Numbered from the stretch's first letter, positions 20,601 through 32,080 are shown. The stretch: DNA of 64,000 bases from Patescibacteria group bacterium (GCA_038065275.1 JBBTRH010000007.1:2873-66872), one strand, 5' to 3'. Translations and numbers: made by a program. Notes: a model not told the origin generated them from the letters alone.

Positions 20601-21552
20601 CGGGCGGGATGACCGGCATGACCGTCATGACCATCCACTCGGGCCGGATGCTGTTGGCTTTAAAATTCCTGGTCAGGCGCAGGCGGCGGATAATGCGGCG
20701 CTGTTTCGACTCGGTCGCTTTGGCCACCTCGTCTTCGAGTTGGGCGATCAATGCGTCGAGGTCGATGTTCGACAGCAGATGATGGATGCCTTCAGCGCCG
20801 ATCGAAGCCTCGAAAACATGGCCGTATTTCAGCGACAGGTCTTGGTAGGCTTGCTCCGTCAGGATTTGGAGCGGGGCTAAGTTGTTCAGTTCGCGCCGCG
20901 CCGTGGCCACCGCCTCGTCGAGGAGTTTCAGTTTCTCAATTTTGGCCAGGCTGAGATTCTGGCGGTCGGTCTCAATTTTGGATTTCGCTTTGGCGTCGGT
21001 CGTGCCGAGGATCTGCTGTTTCAACTGATTCGCTTGCTGTTGCCACTCGCCGTCGATCTGCTTCTTTTTCGAGCTGTATTCGCCGTCAAGCTGCTGGAGC
21101 GTTTCATGGCGCAGGTTCTCGTCAACCGCCGTAATGATGAAGTTGGCGAAGTAAATGACTTTCTCCAGGTCCTGGACGCCCAGGTCGAGCATCAGGCCGA
21201 TTTTCGACGGCACGCCGCGCAGGAACCAGATGTGGGACACCGGCGTGGCCAGGTTGATGTGGCCCATCCGTTCGCGCCGGACGACCGACCGGGTGACTTC
21301 GACGCCGCACTTGTCGCAAACGATGCCCTTGTAGCGGATGCGCTTGTACTTGCCGCAGAAACATTCCCAGTCTTTCGAGGGTCCGAAGATTTCTTCGGCG
21401 AACAGTCCGGATTTTTCCGGTTTCTGGGTGCGGTAGTTAATCGTCTCCGGCTTGGTGACTTCGCCGAATGACCAGCGGTGGACGTCTTCCGGCGACGCCA
21501 CTTTCAAGCGGATGGCTTTGAAGTCGACGGCGTGGGTTTCTTCGTAGGGCAT
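17683..21552 (-). CDS. rpoC: DNA-directed RNA polymerase subunit beta'
   Basis: [24 protein letters not shown]..., NADFDGD catalytic motif and zinc-finger cysteines. Start trimmed to Met19 of the tracked ORF by alignment to the conserved N-terminus. Confidence 0.95.
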   Translation of the reverse strand: MPYEETHAVDFKAIRLKVASPEDVHRWSFGEVTKPETINYRTQKPEKSGLFAEEIFGPSKDWECFCGKYKRIRYKGIVCDKCGVEVTRSVVRRERMGHINLATPVSHIWFLRGVPSKIGLMLDLGVQDLEKVIYFANFIITAVDENLRHETLQQLDGEYSSKKKQIDGEWQQQANQLKQQILGTTDAKAKSKIETDRQNLSLAKIEKLKLLDEAVATARRELNNLAPLQILTEQAYQDLSLKYGHVFEASIGAEGIHHLLSNIDLDALIAQLEDEVAKATESKQRRIIRRLRLTRNFKANSIRPEWMVMTVMPVIPPDLRPMVQLDGGRFATSDLNDLYRRVINRNNRLKRLLELNAPEVIVRNEKRMLQEAVDALIDNGARHGKTVTASTGQKRMLRSIADMLKGKQGRFRQNLLGKRVDYSGRSVIVIGPYLRLDQCGLPKRMALELFRPFVISELIKREYVHNVRSAGRYIEAGHPEVWDILEGVTKGATVLLNRAPTLHRLGIQAFKPILIEGKAIQIHPLVCSAFNADFDGDQMAVHVPLTEQAKWEAANLMMSTKNLLKPATGTPVMTPNMDIVLGCYYMTQSGDQKDYTFAHPDEAILAYESGRIGLQTRVTIRIEGERMATTVGRVLFNRILPKELGFINENMDKKSLSALVSRSFVELGQERTVELLDAVKNFGFKYVTQSGISWGMSDLEVPAQKADILSRAEQRIREIQEAYEAGLLTDTERYVRVINTWTTAKEDIQAASKETLNKLGPVYMMINSGARGSWAQTTQMMGMKGLVGNPSGKTIELPVKASFKEGFDVLEYFISTHGARKGLTDTALKTANAGYLTRRLVDVSQDVVINLEDCGDTEGFTITTAESEEMGYDIIHRISGRVLAADLVDGKGKTLVKNGELLTPKIVAKLKKARLTSATIRSVLSCKAVRGVCQRCYGYDLARNDLVQIGTAVGIIAAQSIGEPGTQLTMRTFHTGGVAGGDDITQGLPRVEELFEARPVKSPALLATVAGQVQIDSSGDHRVIKLAHQAPGHDRYDLPKARAKVKAVLQVKDGARVSAGALLMTIGEKTVTAKRAGIVKIAPTAAYVEFDHQATTDFDVAGNTILRVNDGDLVDVGAVLTDGSINLQELYVLQGRQAVQKYIIKEIQFIYSSQGQYLNDKHIEIIVRQMFSRAYVKSAGGTELVVGEIVDRAVADELIARLKKSPPEIEPLLLGVTKSSLTTESWLSAASFQETARVLIDAAVSGKIDPLRGLKENVIIGKPIPAGTGFELHQRQNAANELAAQNAAT

Positions 21553-21555
21553 ATG

Positions 21556-21615
21556 ATATATTGGGTAGCTCGTTAGCTGACAAGCTATAGAGCTAACTGC
21601 TAACAAGCTAAAAAG
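21556..21615. repeat. GTTAGC/GCTAAC-type repeat tract in the rpoB-rpoC spacer
   Basis: GGTAGCTCGTTAGCTGACAAGCTATAGAGCTAACTGCTAACAAGCTAAAAAGCTAG. Confidence 0.6.
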
Positions 21616-24600
21616 CTAGGTCACCACTTTCTCTTCTTCCTTGAGCGTCTGGCCCTCTTTTTCTTCGATGAGGACCGGTGATTCTGGTGCGGGTAATTCT
21701 TCAGCGACAAGTGTATCGGGCGGAATCTCGTACTTCCGGTTCGGCCGCTCTTCTTCTTCCGGAGCTACTTGCGCGCCGATCAGGTCAACTTCGAGGCCGA
21801 GACCTTTGAGTTCGCGCACCAAGACATTAAACGATTCGGGAACGTTCAGTCGCTTGATCGGCTCTCCTTTGATGACGGATTCGTAGGCCTTCGAGCGGCC
21901 GGGAACATCGTCGGACTTGATGGTCAGAATTTCCTGCAAGGTCGCGGCCGCGCCGTAGGCTTCCAGGGCCCAGACTTCCATTTCCCCGAAGCGCTGGCCG
22001 CCGAACTGGGCCTTGCCGCCGAGCGGCTGTTGGGTGACTAGCGAGTACGGTCCGATCGAGCGCTGGTGGATCTTGTCCTCGACCAAGTGGTTGAGCTTCA
22101 GGACGTACATCACGCCGACGGTCACCGGCAGGTCGAATGGCTGGCCGGTCCGGCCGTTGTAGACGGTCATCTTGCCGTCCGCGGGCAAGCCAGCTGACCG
22201 TAAGAGCTCTTGAATTTTCGTCTCCGGCAGGCCGTCGAGCACCGGCGAGGCGACGTGGAGCCCCAGGCGCTTGGCGGCGATACCGAGGTGGGTCTCAAGG
22301 ATCTGACCGAGGTTCATGCGCGAAGCCACGCCCAGCGGATTAAGAATGATATCGACCGGCGTACCGTCAGCCAAGTAGGGCAGATCTTCGACCGCCACAA
22401 TGCGGGAGATGACGCCCTTGTTCCCATGACGACCGGCCATTTTATCACCCACCTGGATCTTCCGGAGCTGGGCCACCGACACCTGGATCTGCTTGATCAC
22501 GCCGGCCGGGAGTTTGTCGCCTTTGTCGCGGGAGAAGATTTTGATGTCGACGACTTTGCCGTGCTCGCCGTGTTCGAGATAGAGTGATGAGTCTTTGACG
22601 TCCTTAGCCTTGTCGCCGAAGATGGCGCGGAGTAGCTTCTCCTCGGCCGACAGCTCAGTTTCCCCTTTGGGCGTAATTTTGCCGACTAGGATATCGCCCG
22701 AAGCGACTTGGGCGCCGATGCGGACAATGCCCTCGTCGTCAAGGTCCTTGAGTTTCTCTTCGGAGATGTTCGGGATGTCGCGGGTGACAATTTCCGGGCC
22801 GAGTTTGGTATCGCGGACGTCGATAGTATAGTCTTCAATGTGGATCGACGTGTACCGGTCCTGGTGGACGACGCGCTCGGAGATGAGGATGGCATCTTCG
22901 TAATTGCCGCCCTCCCAGGGGATGAAAGCCACGACCAGGTTTTGACCGAGGGCCAGTTCGCCGTTCTCGGTGGCCGCGCCGTCCGCCAAGAGCGTGCCCT
23001 TGGCCACCGACTGACCCGGCTTGACGACCGGCTTCTGGTTAATCGACGTCGAGGCATTGGAGCGGAAGAAATTGCGCAGGTGGTAGCTACGGACATTACC
23101 ATCGTCTTCCATCACCTGCACCTCACTCGCTTGGACCTTGATGACTCGACCGGCTTTCTGGGTCAAGACGACCTGCCCGGAATCGGCCGCCGCTCGGCTT
23201 TCGACGCCGGTGCCGACGATTGGCGCTTCCGGCTTAATGCAGGACACGGCTTGTCGCTGCATATTCGTACCCATCAAGGCCCGCACCGCGTCGTCATGTT
23301 CAAGAAATGGGATTAAGGCGGTGGCAATGGAGACGATCTGTTTGGGTGAGACGTCCATGTAGTCGACGGTCTCGACCGCCGCCATAGTCGGTTCGCCGTG
23401 CCGGCGGACTTCGACTTTCTCCTGAACAAAGTACCCGTGCTCGTCGAGCGCGGTGGTCGCCGCGGTGGTGACGTGGCGTTCCTCCGTGAAGGCATCGAGG
23501 TAGAGCACGTCCTTCGTCGCTCGCGGTTTGACCGGGATCGTCTGCCGATTGGTGTCCTTGAGCCGCTTGGCCTGGGCCGGGGATATTTTTTCGCCCGACT
23601 TAACGACGTTGTCGAAATCTTCACGGGCTATTTCACCGATCGCCGCTTCACCGTCATTCGGCACGTCGTGAACGACCTTGCGGAATGGCGTCTCGATAAA
23701 GCCGTAATCGTTGACCCGGGCGTAGCTGGCTAGGTGGCCGACCAAGCCGATGTTCGGGCCTTCCGGGGTAGCGATCGGGCAAATGCGGCCGTAGTGCGTG
23801 CGATGGACGTCGCGGACGTCGAACCCGGCCCGTTCGCGAGACAGGCCGCCGGGGCCCATGGCTGAGAGGCGGCGCTTATGCTCAAGCTCAGCCAGCGGGT
23901 TCGTCTGGTCCATGAACTGCGACAGCTGGGAACTCATGAAGAATTCCTTGATGGCGCCGATCACCGGCCGGGCGTTGATCAGCTGGTTGGGAGTCAGGGT
24001 GTTAATGTCGAGCGTCGACATCCGGTCTTTAATGATCCGCTCCATCCGCGCCAGCCCGACCCGGAATTTGTTCTGGACCAGCTCGCCGATGGCGCGGACG
24101 CGGCGGTTGCCGAGATGGTCGATGTCGTCCGGTTCCTGCTGGGAGTTATTCAAGCGGATGATTTGCTTGACGATTTCGATAATGTCCTGCCGCTGGAGGA
24201 CGCGGAACTCGGGCGTGATCGGGAAATCAAAATTGAAACGGGTGTTCAGTTTGTAGCGGCCGACCCGGCCGAAGTCGTAGCGGTCAAAGGAGAAGAACAT
24301 CTTGTGGATCAGGTCGCGGGCGTTATCGATGGTCGCCAGGTCGCCCGGACGGATCCGCTTGTAGACTTCTTTCAATCCTTCCGCTTCGTCGTGTGACACA
24401 TCCTTAGCGATCGTCGCGGCCAAGTATTTGACCTTCGGGTTCGTGTCCACGTCTTTAAACAGCTCGAATTGTTCGGCATCCGTCGGCGTGCCGAAAGCAC
24501 GCAAGAGCGCGGTGATCGGCACCTTGCGCTTGCGGTCGATTTTGACGGTGATGACGCCGTTGACGTCCGTTTCGAGTTCCAACCAAGCGCCGCGGTTGGG

Positions 24601-25077
24601 AATGATCTTGGCTCCGTAGTAGCGGCGGCCGCGGATGCTTTCGGCGGTAAAAAAGACGCCGGCTGAGCGGATCAGCTGGCTGACAACCACGCGTTCGATG
24701 CCGTTGACGATGAACGTCCCGCGATCGGTCATCAGCGGAAAGTCACCGAGGTAGATTTCTTGTTCCTTTATTTCGCCAGTCTTCTTGTTCACCAGGCGGA
24801 CCTGAACGCGCAACGCCGCTTCGTAGGTGACGTTCTTGGTCTTAGCCGTCACCTCGTCGAACTTCGGTTCGTCGAGGTAATAATCAAGGAAGGACAGCTC
24901 CAGGTCGCGGCCGATGAAGTCGCGCACCGGCGAGATCTCGGCAAACAGCTCCTTCAGTCCGTCGCGGAAGAACCAGTCGTAGCTTCGTTGCTGGATTTCG
25001 ATCAGGTTCGGCAACGACGTCGCTTCGTGCAACGTCGTGAAGTACTTCCGCTCGGCCACTGTCGCTTGGTCAGACAT
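21616..25077 (-). CDS. rpoB: DNA-directed RNA polymerase subunit beta
   Basis: 1153 aa with canonical rpoB blocks; immediately upstream of rpoC. Confidence 0.95.
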   Translation of the reverse strand: MSDQATVAERKYFTTLHEATSLPNLIEIQQRSYDWFFRDGLKELFAEISPVRDFIGRDLELSFLDYYLDEPKFDEVTAKTKNVTYEAALRVQVRLVNKKTGEIKEQEIYLGDFPLMTDRGTFIVNGIERVVVSQLIRSAGVFFTAESIRGRRYYGAKIIPNRGAWLELETDVNGVITVKIDRKRKVPITALLRAFGTPTDAEQFELFKDVDTNPKVKYLAATIAKDVSHDEAEGLKEVYKRIRPGDLATIDNARDLIHKMFFSFDRYDFGRVGRYKLNTRFNFDFPITPEFRVLQRQDIIEIVKQIIRLNNSQQEPDDIDHLGNRRVRAIGELVQNKFRVGLARMERIIKDRMSTLDINTLTPNQLINARPVIGAIKEFFMSSQLSQFMDQTNPLAELEHKRRLSAMGPGGLSRERAGFDVRDVHRTHYGRICPIATPEGPNIGLVGHLASYARVNDYGFIETPFRKVVHDVPNDGEAAIGEIAREDFDNVVKSGEKISPAQAKRLKDTNRQTIPVKPRATKDVLYLDAFTEERHVTTAATTALDEHGYFVQEKVEVRRHGEPTMAAVETVDYMDVSPKQIVSIATALIPFLEHDDAVRALMGTNMQRQAVSCIKPEAPIVGTGVESRAAADSGQVVLTQKAGRVIKVQASEVQVMEDDGNVRSYHLRNFFRSNASTSINQKPVVKPGQSVAKGTLLADGAATENGELALGQNLVVAFIPWEGGNYEDAILISERVVHQDRYTSIHIEDYTIDVRDTKLGPEIVTRDIPNISEEKLKDLDDEGIVRIGAQVASGDILVGKITPKGETELSAEEKLLRAIFGDKAKDVKDSSLYLEHGEHGKVVDIKIFSRDKGDKLPAGVIKQIQVSVAQLRKIQVGDKMAGRHGNKGVISRIVAVEDLPYLADGTPVDIILNPLGVASRMNLGQILETHLGIAAKRLGLHVASPVLDGLPETKIQELLRSAGLPADGKMTVYNGRTGQPFDLPVTVGVMYVLKLNHLVEDKIHQRSIGPYSLVTQQPLGGKAQFGGQRFGEMEVWALEAYGAAATLQEILTIKSDDVPGRSKAYESVIKGEPIKRLNVPESFNVLVRELKGLGLEVDLIGAQVAPEEEERPNRKYEIPPDTLVAEELPAPESPVLIEEKEGQTLKEEEKVVT

Positions 25078-25282
25078 GAAGAAAATACCCCATCCTCTCC
25101 TGGGCCGGAGAGTGGTTACGATTGCTCAGATTCCGCCCCGCACCAAGGGACGGCGGGCGCTCAAAGGCGCCGAGTATACGCTCAAAATATGGCTCAAAAT
25201 ACGCTAACTGATAATAACAACATTGTGCGTCCCTGTCAAGGATAAATGTGATAGGTTGTCAATACACAAATATTTAGCTAAT

Positions 25283-25394
25283 GTTAGCCCCGTTAGAGGT
25301 GATAGCGAAAACAAGGTGGAGATTAGTTGTCGTTATCCACAGCAATGTGGCGTATTAAAAAAAGTAATTACATTCGCCTCTAACGGGGTTAGCC
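25283..25394. repeat. CCCGTTAGA hairpin element, copy 5
   Basis: GTTAGCCCCGTTAGAGG (25283-25299) and CCTCTAACGGGGTTAGCC (25377-25394). A candidate promoter TTGTCA-N17-TAATGT (25256-25284) abuts its left arm. Confidence 0.7.
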
Positions 25395-25598
25395 ATCCTT
25401 TTTCGTCATGGTGTACAGCAACAAAAAACTATCCCCAATTATATCCAGAAGGTATCCACAGGAGGTAATTTCATAAATACACCTAATAATAACCGGCGAA
25501 AGTTGGTCCTGAGGAGCTATCGCTGGGGCACACCAATGGAGGCGGTGATCAGCGCCTCCCCATTGCCGACCCCCATTTCAATGCGTTAAGGTGTAGAC

Positions 25599-27002
25599 AT
25601 GGCTAATCAACTCTTCACTCCCGATTTGGCCCACTGGGTTTTTTCCCAAGCCTGGTTCCCTAAAGAACAAGAGTCGGCCTGGCACGAGCTCTGGTCGCCG
25701 GAACTATGGCCGGAGAATGATCGTCCGACCGATGAGACGCTGGAGATTTTTTTGAACCAGTGGATCATCTATGACCGGCCCACGTCGACGCACCATCGCA
25801 CGCCGCTTGAATTGTTCATCGATGCCAAGGTCAAACAGCGGCCGGTCGAGCGATCGGTGTTTGAAGGTTTCAAACGAAGTTGGGTCGGCGCGTTCGGCCT
25901 TGAGGCCATTCAGCCGCTCCAATCTATGCTCCTGCTCGACCTAGCCAGCGGGCGCCGATTCGAAGTTCAGGAACAGCAGGGCACCGTCGGCCCCCAAGTC
26001 GGCGACGTGCTGTTAGCCCGGATCCTCCCCTTCGGGCAGACCTTTCTCATCGGCGCCTCGTACGGGTTAGTCCAACAACCGGAGGCCGTGGCCATGCGGT
26101 ACACTTGGGATCGTTTGCGGCGGGACGGGCCGCTCCCGCCGTTAACCGCGCCGCAGTTGGCCCCGTTTATCATTCAACCGACGCCGGCCCTCCGGAAGTG
26201 GCAACTGATCGTCGAGTTGGATGATTTTTTGCGGGCGAAAAAGTACGCCGCTCAATCGGCGACGGCCATCGTCCGCGAGTTTGAGCGGCTCGACGATCCT
26301 AACGGGGTTCTCCGTCGCTTGCTGAACGAGGTGCCGCTGAAAACAACGGCCGAAGTAAACACCCTGTCGAGGCTCATCATCGAACTGTGGAACGCCTTTC
26401 AAGCGAAGGTTCCGCGGCGCGGCGAACCGGGTGCCGGCCCGATCGAAACGGCCATCATCCACGATCTGCTAACCAAGATGCAAGTTGAACAACCGACGTC
26501 CCACCTGAACGATTCCGACCAGGCGAAACGTTTCGGCGAGGAATGGTACCAACGCTACCTGCATCTCCCCCAGGCCGAGTTGCACGGACGCACGCCATGG
26601 CAGATGATCCTCGCCGAGCGGCAGGAGCGGGGCAATCCGGATACGGGCTGGCATTACGAATTCTCGGCCCAGCCCGTACCCAACCCGGCGGTCGCGAAAT
26701 TTCAACGATTGCTCGACAACGCCGTGGCGGCCCATCAAGACAAAAAATTCGGCCCCGCGCTCCGCCAGTACAAAAAATTATTATCCTACGGCGACGACCA
26801 GGTACCGGAAATCTGGCGGATCTACGGGAACGCCGGCGCTTGTGCCTGCGAACTCAACGACTTTGACGCGGCGGAAGAGTATTTCAAAAAAGCGCTTCGC
26901 CTCAATCCAAACTACAGTTTGGCTAAGAAAAATTTACGGCGGCTAAAGAAATTTCGCGCCTCGGGGCAACAGCCGCCGGGCGCTAACCGCCCAACCGCTT
27001 GA
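25599..27002 (+). CDS. Hypothetical protein with C-terminal TPR-like repeats
   Basis: 467 aa. The C-terminal region (…YKKLLSYGDD…AEEYFKKALRLNPNYSLAKKNL) looks like TPR. No catalytic motif recognised. Confidence 0.55.
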   Translation: MANQLFTPDLAHWVFSQAWFPKEQESAWHELWSPELWPENDRPTDETLEIFLNQWIIYDRPTSTHHRTPLELFIDAKVKQRPVERSVFEGFKRSWVGAFGLEAIQPLQSMLLLDLASGRRFEVQEQQGTVGPQVGDVLLARILPFGQTFLIGASYGLVQQPEAVAMRYTWDRLRRDGPLPPLTAPQLAPFIIQPTPALRKWQLIVELDDFLRAKKYAAQSATAIVREFERLDDPNGVLRRLLNEVPLKTTAEVNTLSRLIIELWNAFQAKVPRRGEPGAGPIETAIIHDLLTKMQVEQPTSHLNDSDQAKRFGEEWYQRYLHLPQAELHGRTPWQMILAERQERGNPDTGWHYEFSAQPVPNPAVAKFQRLLDNAVAAHQDKKFGPALRQYKKLLSYGDDQVPEIWRIYGNAGACACELNDFDAAEEYFKKALRLNPNYSLAKKNLRRLKKFRASGQQPPGANRPTA

Positions 27003-27133
27003 CACCCTGGTCGACGTCGAATACTATACCTTCAAGGTAAGTCGGTGGCGGAAAGTATGCGCCTCTATGTTAAAGAGCGCGGTGTTCGAGCGTGTTTGCC
27101 GTCCCATAAGCCTTCGCCGATTTCCATGATCCC

Positions 27134-28939
27134 ATGCGCGCCATCCTAAAAAAACATTTCGGGTACGAGGAATTTCGGCCCTTGCAAGCTGATATTATCA
27201 CTCATGTCCTGGCCCGGCGCGATGCGTTAGTCTTGATGCCGACCGGCGGAGGTAAGTCGCTGTGTTTTCAATTGCCGGCCCTAATGTCTGCGGGAATGAC
27301 CATCGTCGTTTCGCCGCTCATCTCGCTGATGAAAGATCAGGTCGACGCATTGCGAGCGAACGGCATCGCCGCCGCCCAGATCAACAGCGCCGTTGAGGGC
27401 GCCGCCATCGGCGAGATCAAACGACAAGCCGAGTCGGGACGGATAAAATTATTATATGTCGCGCCGGAACGATTAGCGATCCCGTCATTTCGGGCCTGGC
27501 TTAAAACTCTCGCTGTCTCGCTCATCGCGATTGACGAGGCGCATTGTATTTCCGAATGGGGCCACGATTTTCGACCGGATTATCGTACCTTGTGCACGCT
27601 CCGGCCGTATTTCCCCGGCGTATCGGTGTTGGCTCTGACCGCCACCGCAACCGACCGCGTGCGGCGGGACATAATCAAGCAATTGCGCCTCAGCCAACCG
27701 CGGATATTCGTGTCCAGTTTCAATCGCCCCAACCTGACCTACACCGTGCGGCCAAAGCGCAACGCCTTCCCAGTGTTGGTCGATTTACTGCGCCAAGACC
27801 CCCACGCCAGCGCGATCATTTATTGTTTTTCCCGCACCGGCACGGAAAAACTGGCTGACAAACTTAGGCGGCAGGGTTTTGTAGCCGAAGCCTACCACGC
27901 CGGTTTAGACAGCGAGACCCGCCGCCAGACGCAAGAACGGTTTATCCGCGATGAAACGCGGATCATCGTCGCCACCATTGCTTTCGGGATGGGGATTGAT
28001 AAACCGGATGTACGGTTGGTCATCCATTATGACCTGCCTAAATCCGTCGAAAATTACTATCAAGAGACCGGCCGCGCTGGACGCGACGGGTTGCCGAGCC
28101 AGTGTTTTCTTTTCTGGTCGTACGGCGACGTGATGAAGCATCGTTTTTTCATTCGAGAAATTGAGAATCCAGCCGAGCAACAGCGGGTCGAGGAAAAATT
28201 ACAGCAGATGGTACAGTATTGCGAACAACGGTCGTGCCGCCGACAATTCTTGCTGAACTATTTCGGAGAACAGTGGACGGCGGACGATTGTCGGGGCTGT
28301 GACATTTGTTTACCGTCAGTAGCGCCGGATGTAGCATCAATGCCGGCCCCGACCTTCGATCGCGAACTCTTTGAACAACTGCGGCAACTGCGCACTATGC
28401 TGGCCGACCAGCGCCGCGTGCCGCCCTTCGTCATTTTCGGCGACCGCAGTTTGCAGGAAATGGCGACCTATTATCCGCAAAACCTCGCCAGTTTCGCCCG
28501 CCTTTATGGCGTCGGCCAACGCAAAATCACCGACTTCGGCCCGCAATTTGTCCAGCTGATCCGCCGCCACGCCGCCGATAAAAACCTCAAAGAACTGGCC
28601 CGTCCGATTTGGCGCGAACGTGAAGCCGCCGACACGGATATTGTTAGCGCCACGTACGAGGAAACTAAGGCCCTGGTCAAACAAAAACTTTCCATCGCCG
28701 AGATAGCCAAGCGGCGCGGTTTAGTAACCGGCACTATAATGGGGCATCTCGAAAAAATTCACCGGATCGACCCGGCGCTCAACCTGGATTACCTGCGGCC
28801 GGAATCGACGCGCCTGGCAAAGATAACAGCCGCTTTCAAAAAAACTGGCGGCATGAGTTTGTCGCCGGTGCGTGAAATCCTGGGCGAGGAATATTCTTAT
28901 GACGAGTTGCGGTTGGCGAGGATGTTTGTGCGGTCGTAA
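27134..28939 (+). CDS. recQ: ATP-dependent DNA helicase RecQ
   Basis: Helicase motifs (LVLMPTGGGKSLCFQLPAL, DEAH-box region, RQC zinc cysteines, C-terminal HRDC). Confidence 0.9.
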   Translation: MRAILKKHFGYEEFRPLQADIITHVLARRDALVLMPTGGGKSLCFQLPALMSAGMTIVVSPLISLMKDQVDALRANGIAAAQINSAVEGAAIGEIKRQAESGRIKLLYVAPERLAIPSFRAWLKTLAVSLIAIDEAHCISEWGHDFRPDYRTLCTLRPYFPGVSVLALTATATDRVRRDIIKQLRLSQPRIFVSSFNRPNLTYTVRPKRNAFPVLVDLLRQDPHASAIIYCFSRTGTEKLADKLRRQGFVAEAYHAGLDSETRRQTQERFIRDETRIIVATIAFGMGIDKPDVRLVIHYDLPKSVENYYQETGRAGRDGLPSQCFLFWSYGDVMKHRFFIREIENPAEQQRVEEKLQQMVQYCEQRSCRRQFLLNYFGEQWTADDCRGCDICLPSVAPDVASMPAPTFDRELFEQLRQLRTMLADQRRVPPFVIFGDRSLQEMATYYPQNLASFARLYGVGQRKITDFGPQFVQLIRRHAADKNLKELARPIWREREAADTDIVSATYEETKALVKQKLSIAEIAKRRGLVTGTIMGHLEKIHRIDPALNLDYLRPESTRLAKITAAFKKTGGMSLSPVREILGEEYSYDELRLARMFVRS

Positions 28940-28961
28940 AGCCCTGGGGGATTCATCGTCG

Positions 28962-29142
28962 ACCTCCCCCGTCAAATAATAATGACAACCTTTGTTACAC
29001 AGAATAAACTACGCAATTAACAAAATCGTTGCCCCCCAACGCACCCCTCCTTCGTAAGGAGGGGTGTTTAAGACAAAACCGAAGACGTTTTTAACGATGC
29101 TGGTAATAGAAAGCACGAATGTTACTATTTGACGGGGGAGGT
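28962..29142. mobile_element. MITE-like element, copy B
   Basis: TIRs ACCTCCCCCGTCAAATA and TATTTGACGGGGGAGGT. Internal hairpin CGCACCCCTCCTTCGTAAGGAGGGGTG. It sits exactly between the recQ stop and the NUDIX gene stop. Confidence 0.7.
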
Positions 29143-29681
29143 CAACGTCGCACTTCCAGAACCCCTAATGCCATCAACCCCCGATACGCCGTTTCGCCGT
29201 CGGTCATTTTTCCTTCGGCCAGCATTGTGAAAAACGTTTTCATTGACACGGTTACGACTTCGATGGCTTCGTATTCGTCATTCTTCGGTTTTTGCGCCGC
29301 TTTCGCATTGGTGAATAAAAAATGGTGGCGCCAGCCGTCTGACCATCCATCATTAGATGTTCTGCCTAATGAGCGGCTATGTCCACGATATCCGGTTTCT
29401 TCAAGAACTTCACGAATCACCGCTTGCCTCGGTGTCTCGCGGCGGTCGATCCTTCCGCCTGGAAGTTCAAACATTACTCGTTCGACGCCGGGGCGGAATT
29501 GTTTCGCAATCACTACCTTGTTGTCAGGCGTAATAACCAGAGCGCAAACAATGTTCGGCCTATTGATTGTATAAAAGTCTCCCACTGCGCCATTCGGCAA
29601 CCGGAAACGCTTTTTTCGAAGTGACCGGAAGCGATTGATTTTGATAACGCGGTCGCTGATTTTTTCCCAGGCCAATCTCAT
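29142..29681 (-). CDS. NUDIX hydrolase
   Basis: Nudix box …RQAVIREVLEETGY…. Confidence 0.8.
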   Translation of the reverse strand: MRLAWEKISDRVIKINRFRSLRKKRFRLPNGAVGDFYTINRPNIVCALVITPDNKVVIAKQFRPGVERVMFELPGGRIDRRETPRQAVIREVLEETGYRGHSRSLGRTSNDGWSDGWRHHFLFTNAKAAQKPKNDEYEAIEVVTVSMKTFFTMLAEGKMTDGETAYRGLMALGVLEVRR

Positions 29682-31003
29682 GACCCGTTTGACAGCATCT
29701 TCCGCACCGTCTCGACATCACTCCACTCCATTTTCTGTCCCCTGACCATCATCGACGTCTCCGAACCCATGCCGGTAATTGCAATCACATCCCCCGGTTG
29801 AGCGAGTTTTATCGCGTGATGTATGGCTTCTTTGCGATCCAGGATAATTTCCGCCTTCCCCTGTTGATCAACGGGCAGACCGTCATAAATCGTAGCGCAA
29901 ATCTGTTGCGGATCTTCATCATACGGGTCGTCCGTAGTTAAAATAATCTTGGCACAGTATCGCGCGGCAATCTTCCCCAGTTCCGGGCGTTTCCAGGCGT
30001 CCCGTCCGCCGCCGGCCGCACCGAAGACAGCAATGATGCGCTTCGCACCGTCTGATTTCAGCGATTGATAGAATTGTTCAAGCGCGGCGGGTGTCAGCGC
30101 ATAATCAACCACTACTCGCCACGGTCGGCCGGTGGCTATTTCTTCGCTTCTTCCCGGCACCGCCTGTGCGCTAGCCAGCCCCTTAACGATCGCTTCCCAC
30201 TCCAGCCCCAAGGCGCGGCCGACGGCGATGGCTTGCAACGCGTTACGGACATTGTATTCGCCGGACAACGGTAGCGTGAAATCGCGGCCGTCAACGGTGA
30301 ACATCATCCCGTCCGCCGTCGGCCGCGCGCCGCTCCCCGCAATGACCGTCATTTTCCCTTCGGCATCCGCTATCGTTCGGTGATGACTTAACGTTGTTCC
30401 ATAGTGCTTTTCGGCCCAAAATTTCAGGTAATAGTCGTGTGACGCATCGTCGAGATTAACGACGGTGACTTTGGGAATGGCGGCGCCAAACAAGTGCTTG
30501 TCGCCGCTACGGATAATCGAGGTGAAGAGCAGGCCTTTAGCTTGCCGATAGGCTTCGAACGAACCGTGTGTCTTGATGTGCTCGGGCGTAAGATTGGTGA
30601 TCACCGCCACGTCGAAGTCGACGTCGGTATGGCGGTACTGAACCAGCCCTTCCGACGACGCCTCAACGACCGCGTAGCGACAGCCAGCCTGGACCATTCG
30701 TCGCAGGAGCCGCTGTAGTTGAAACGGGTCGGGCATGGTCAGGTGCGATTCGTTGAGCCAGCGCTGTTCGCCAATCTGAAACACCGCCGACGTCGACAAC
30801 CCGACCGGCGCGCCGCTCGCGCCGAGCACATCGGCGATCAGCGACGCCGTAGTGGTTTTGCCGTCAGTCCCGGTCACGCCAACCACAATTATATGGCGCG
30901 ACGGCCGTCCGTACCGCCAGCCAGCCAGAAGCGCCAGCAAGTGATGGTACTGCCGGCGGATAGTCGGCGGAGCTAGGCGCTTTAGTGTTCCCAGCGCGGG
31001 CAT
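29678..31003 (-). CDS. Mur ligase family protein (MurE-like UDP-MurNAc-tripeptide synthetase)
   Basis: VVGVTGTDGKTTT ATP-binding motif and the C-terminal TTDDPYDEDP (DNPR-EDP-like) motif. It overlaps the NUDIX gene by 4 bp. Confidence 0.75.
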   Translation of the reverse strand: MPALGTLKRLAPPTIRRQYHHLLALLAGWRYGRPSRHIIVVGVTGTDGKTTTASLIADVLGASGAPVGLSTSAVFQIGEQRWLNESHLTMPDPFQLQRLLRRMVQAGCRYAVVEASSEGLVQYRHTDVDFDVAVITNLTPEHIKTHGSFEAYRQAKGLLFTSIIRSGDKHLFGAAIPKVTVVNLDDASHDYYLKFWAEKHYGTTLSHHRTIADAEGKMTVIAGSGARPTADGMMFTVDGRDFTLPLSGEYNVRNALQAIAVGRALGLEWEAIVKGLASAQAVPGRSEEIATGRPWRVVVDYALTPAALEQFYQSLKSDGAKRIIAVFGAAGGGRDAWKRPELGKIAARYCAKIILTTDDPYDEDPQQICATIYDGLPVDQQGKAEIILDRKEAIHHAIKLAQPGDVIAITGMGSETSMMVRGQKMEWSDVETVRKMLSNGS

Positions 31004-31008
31004 AGGAA

Positions 31009-31263
31009 TTAAGCGAACGATTCCGGGGTCAACTCCTGATCGTCGCTCAAGCGCACCGTGAACGAAAAATCCTTGTTACGCACGAGATCGTAACGCCGGC
31101 CCTGGAAAATTAATGTGGTGATGCCGTAACGCTTGGCCGTGTAGAACAATCCTTCGACCACGTCGTGATCGGCATTCTTGAGGTAGACGATGGCGTCTTT
31201 ATCTCCCTCAACTTGGTGGACGTTGATCAGCTCGCGGCGCGGTTTATCATTCGGCAACGGCAT
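31009..31263 (-). CDS. Small hypothetical protein, paralog 4 of 4
   Basis: 84 aa (LINVHQVEGDKDAIVYLKNADHDVVEGLFYTAKRYG...). Confidence 0.55.
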   Translation of the reverse strand: MPLPNDKPRRELINVHQVEGDKDAIVYLKNADHDVVEGLFYTAKRYGITTLIFQGRRYDLVRNKDFSFTVRLSDDQELTPESFA

Positions 31264-31312
31264 AGGTCGCTAGTCTAGCAAACATGGCGTCGCCTGGCCA
31301 GCGCGGGGATTA

Positions 31313-31552
31313 TCAGATCACCAGGTCGTCGTCCGCGGCGATAATCGTGTAACTGTTGTCGCGATCATGATTAATAACATACGCTGTACCGCGAACATGA
31401 AACGTACTCTGTCCGCGCCGCTTGGCTCGGTAGAGAAGCTCTTCCGTCCGCAGGTGACTGCCCTCCTTGAGGTAATCTATGGCGTCCTGATCGCCGTGGA
31501 GACGATGGACGACGATGTATTCTTCGTCAGTCTGGCGGTAGGGTTTTTTCAT
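31313..31552 (-). CDS. Small hypothetical protein, paralog 3 of 4
   Basis: 79 aa (YIVVHRLHGDQDAIDYLKEGSH...), clearly similar to paralog 4. Confidence 0.55.
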   Translation of the reverse strand: MKKPYRQTDEEYIVVHRLHGDQDAIDYLKEGSHLRTEELLYRAKRRGQSTFHVRGTAYVINHDRDNSYTIIAADDDLVI

Positions 31553-31554
31553 GC

Positions 31555-31785
31555 TTAGAGAATCCCCTGGACGAACGAGCCCGGCTCAAGCGTGAAAGTG
31601 TGGTCGGGATGGCGGCGAAGGATGCGTTCCTGTCCGTCGAGAATGAGGCGGGATTGCCCATGTTCCTGGGCCTCAGCGAACAGTCGGTTAAGGTAGGCGG
31701 CCGATTGCCGGCGGAGAATTAGGGCCAGCTCCGGATCGCCGATGACGATGTGCCCCTGAATGTTCGTGCGTTTAAAACCAGCCAT
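31555..31785 (-). CDS. Small hypothetical protein, paralog 2 of 4
   Basis: 76 aa; overlaps the previous ORF by 14 bp; same pattern. Confidence 0.5.
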   Translation of the reverse strand: MAGFKRTNIQGHIVIGDPELALILRRQSAAYLNRLFAEAQEHGQSRLILDGQERILRRHPDHTFTLEPGSFVQGIL

Positions 31786-32017
31786 GGGAGACGTTGGTCG
31801 CTACGACGACGAATGCGCCGTTTTCGCCGTCTACCAAGCTGAACTTGCGGTGGTCCTCGTCCTCGAAGGCGACTTCTTTTTGTGCCTCAACTTGCTTGAA
31901 CAACTCCAGCGCCTCGTCTTGGCTGAGTTTGTAGGCTAGATGCTTAACCCCGAAAAACGACCGCTCGTCGTCGCAGGTGACGCGATGACCGTGGACGGTC
32001 AGCTGGTGGTTGCTCAT
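31772..32017 (-). CDS. Small hypothetical protein, paralog 1 of 4
   Basis: 81 aa, first gene of an overlapping four-gene array, sharing the pattern hVH..G...A..YLK....L....EL...A...G...F. Confidence 0.5.
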   Translation of the reverse strand: MSNHQLTVHGHRVTCDDERSFFGVKHLAYKLSQDEALELFKQVEAQKEVAFEDEDHRKFSLVDGENGAFVVVATNVSHGWF

Positions 32018-32080
32018 ATGGATCGTATGAGATGATGAAGCCTACCGCCATCGTAGCACTATCGCAAAAAAATGCCAGTT

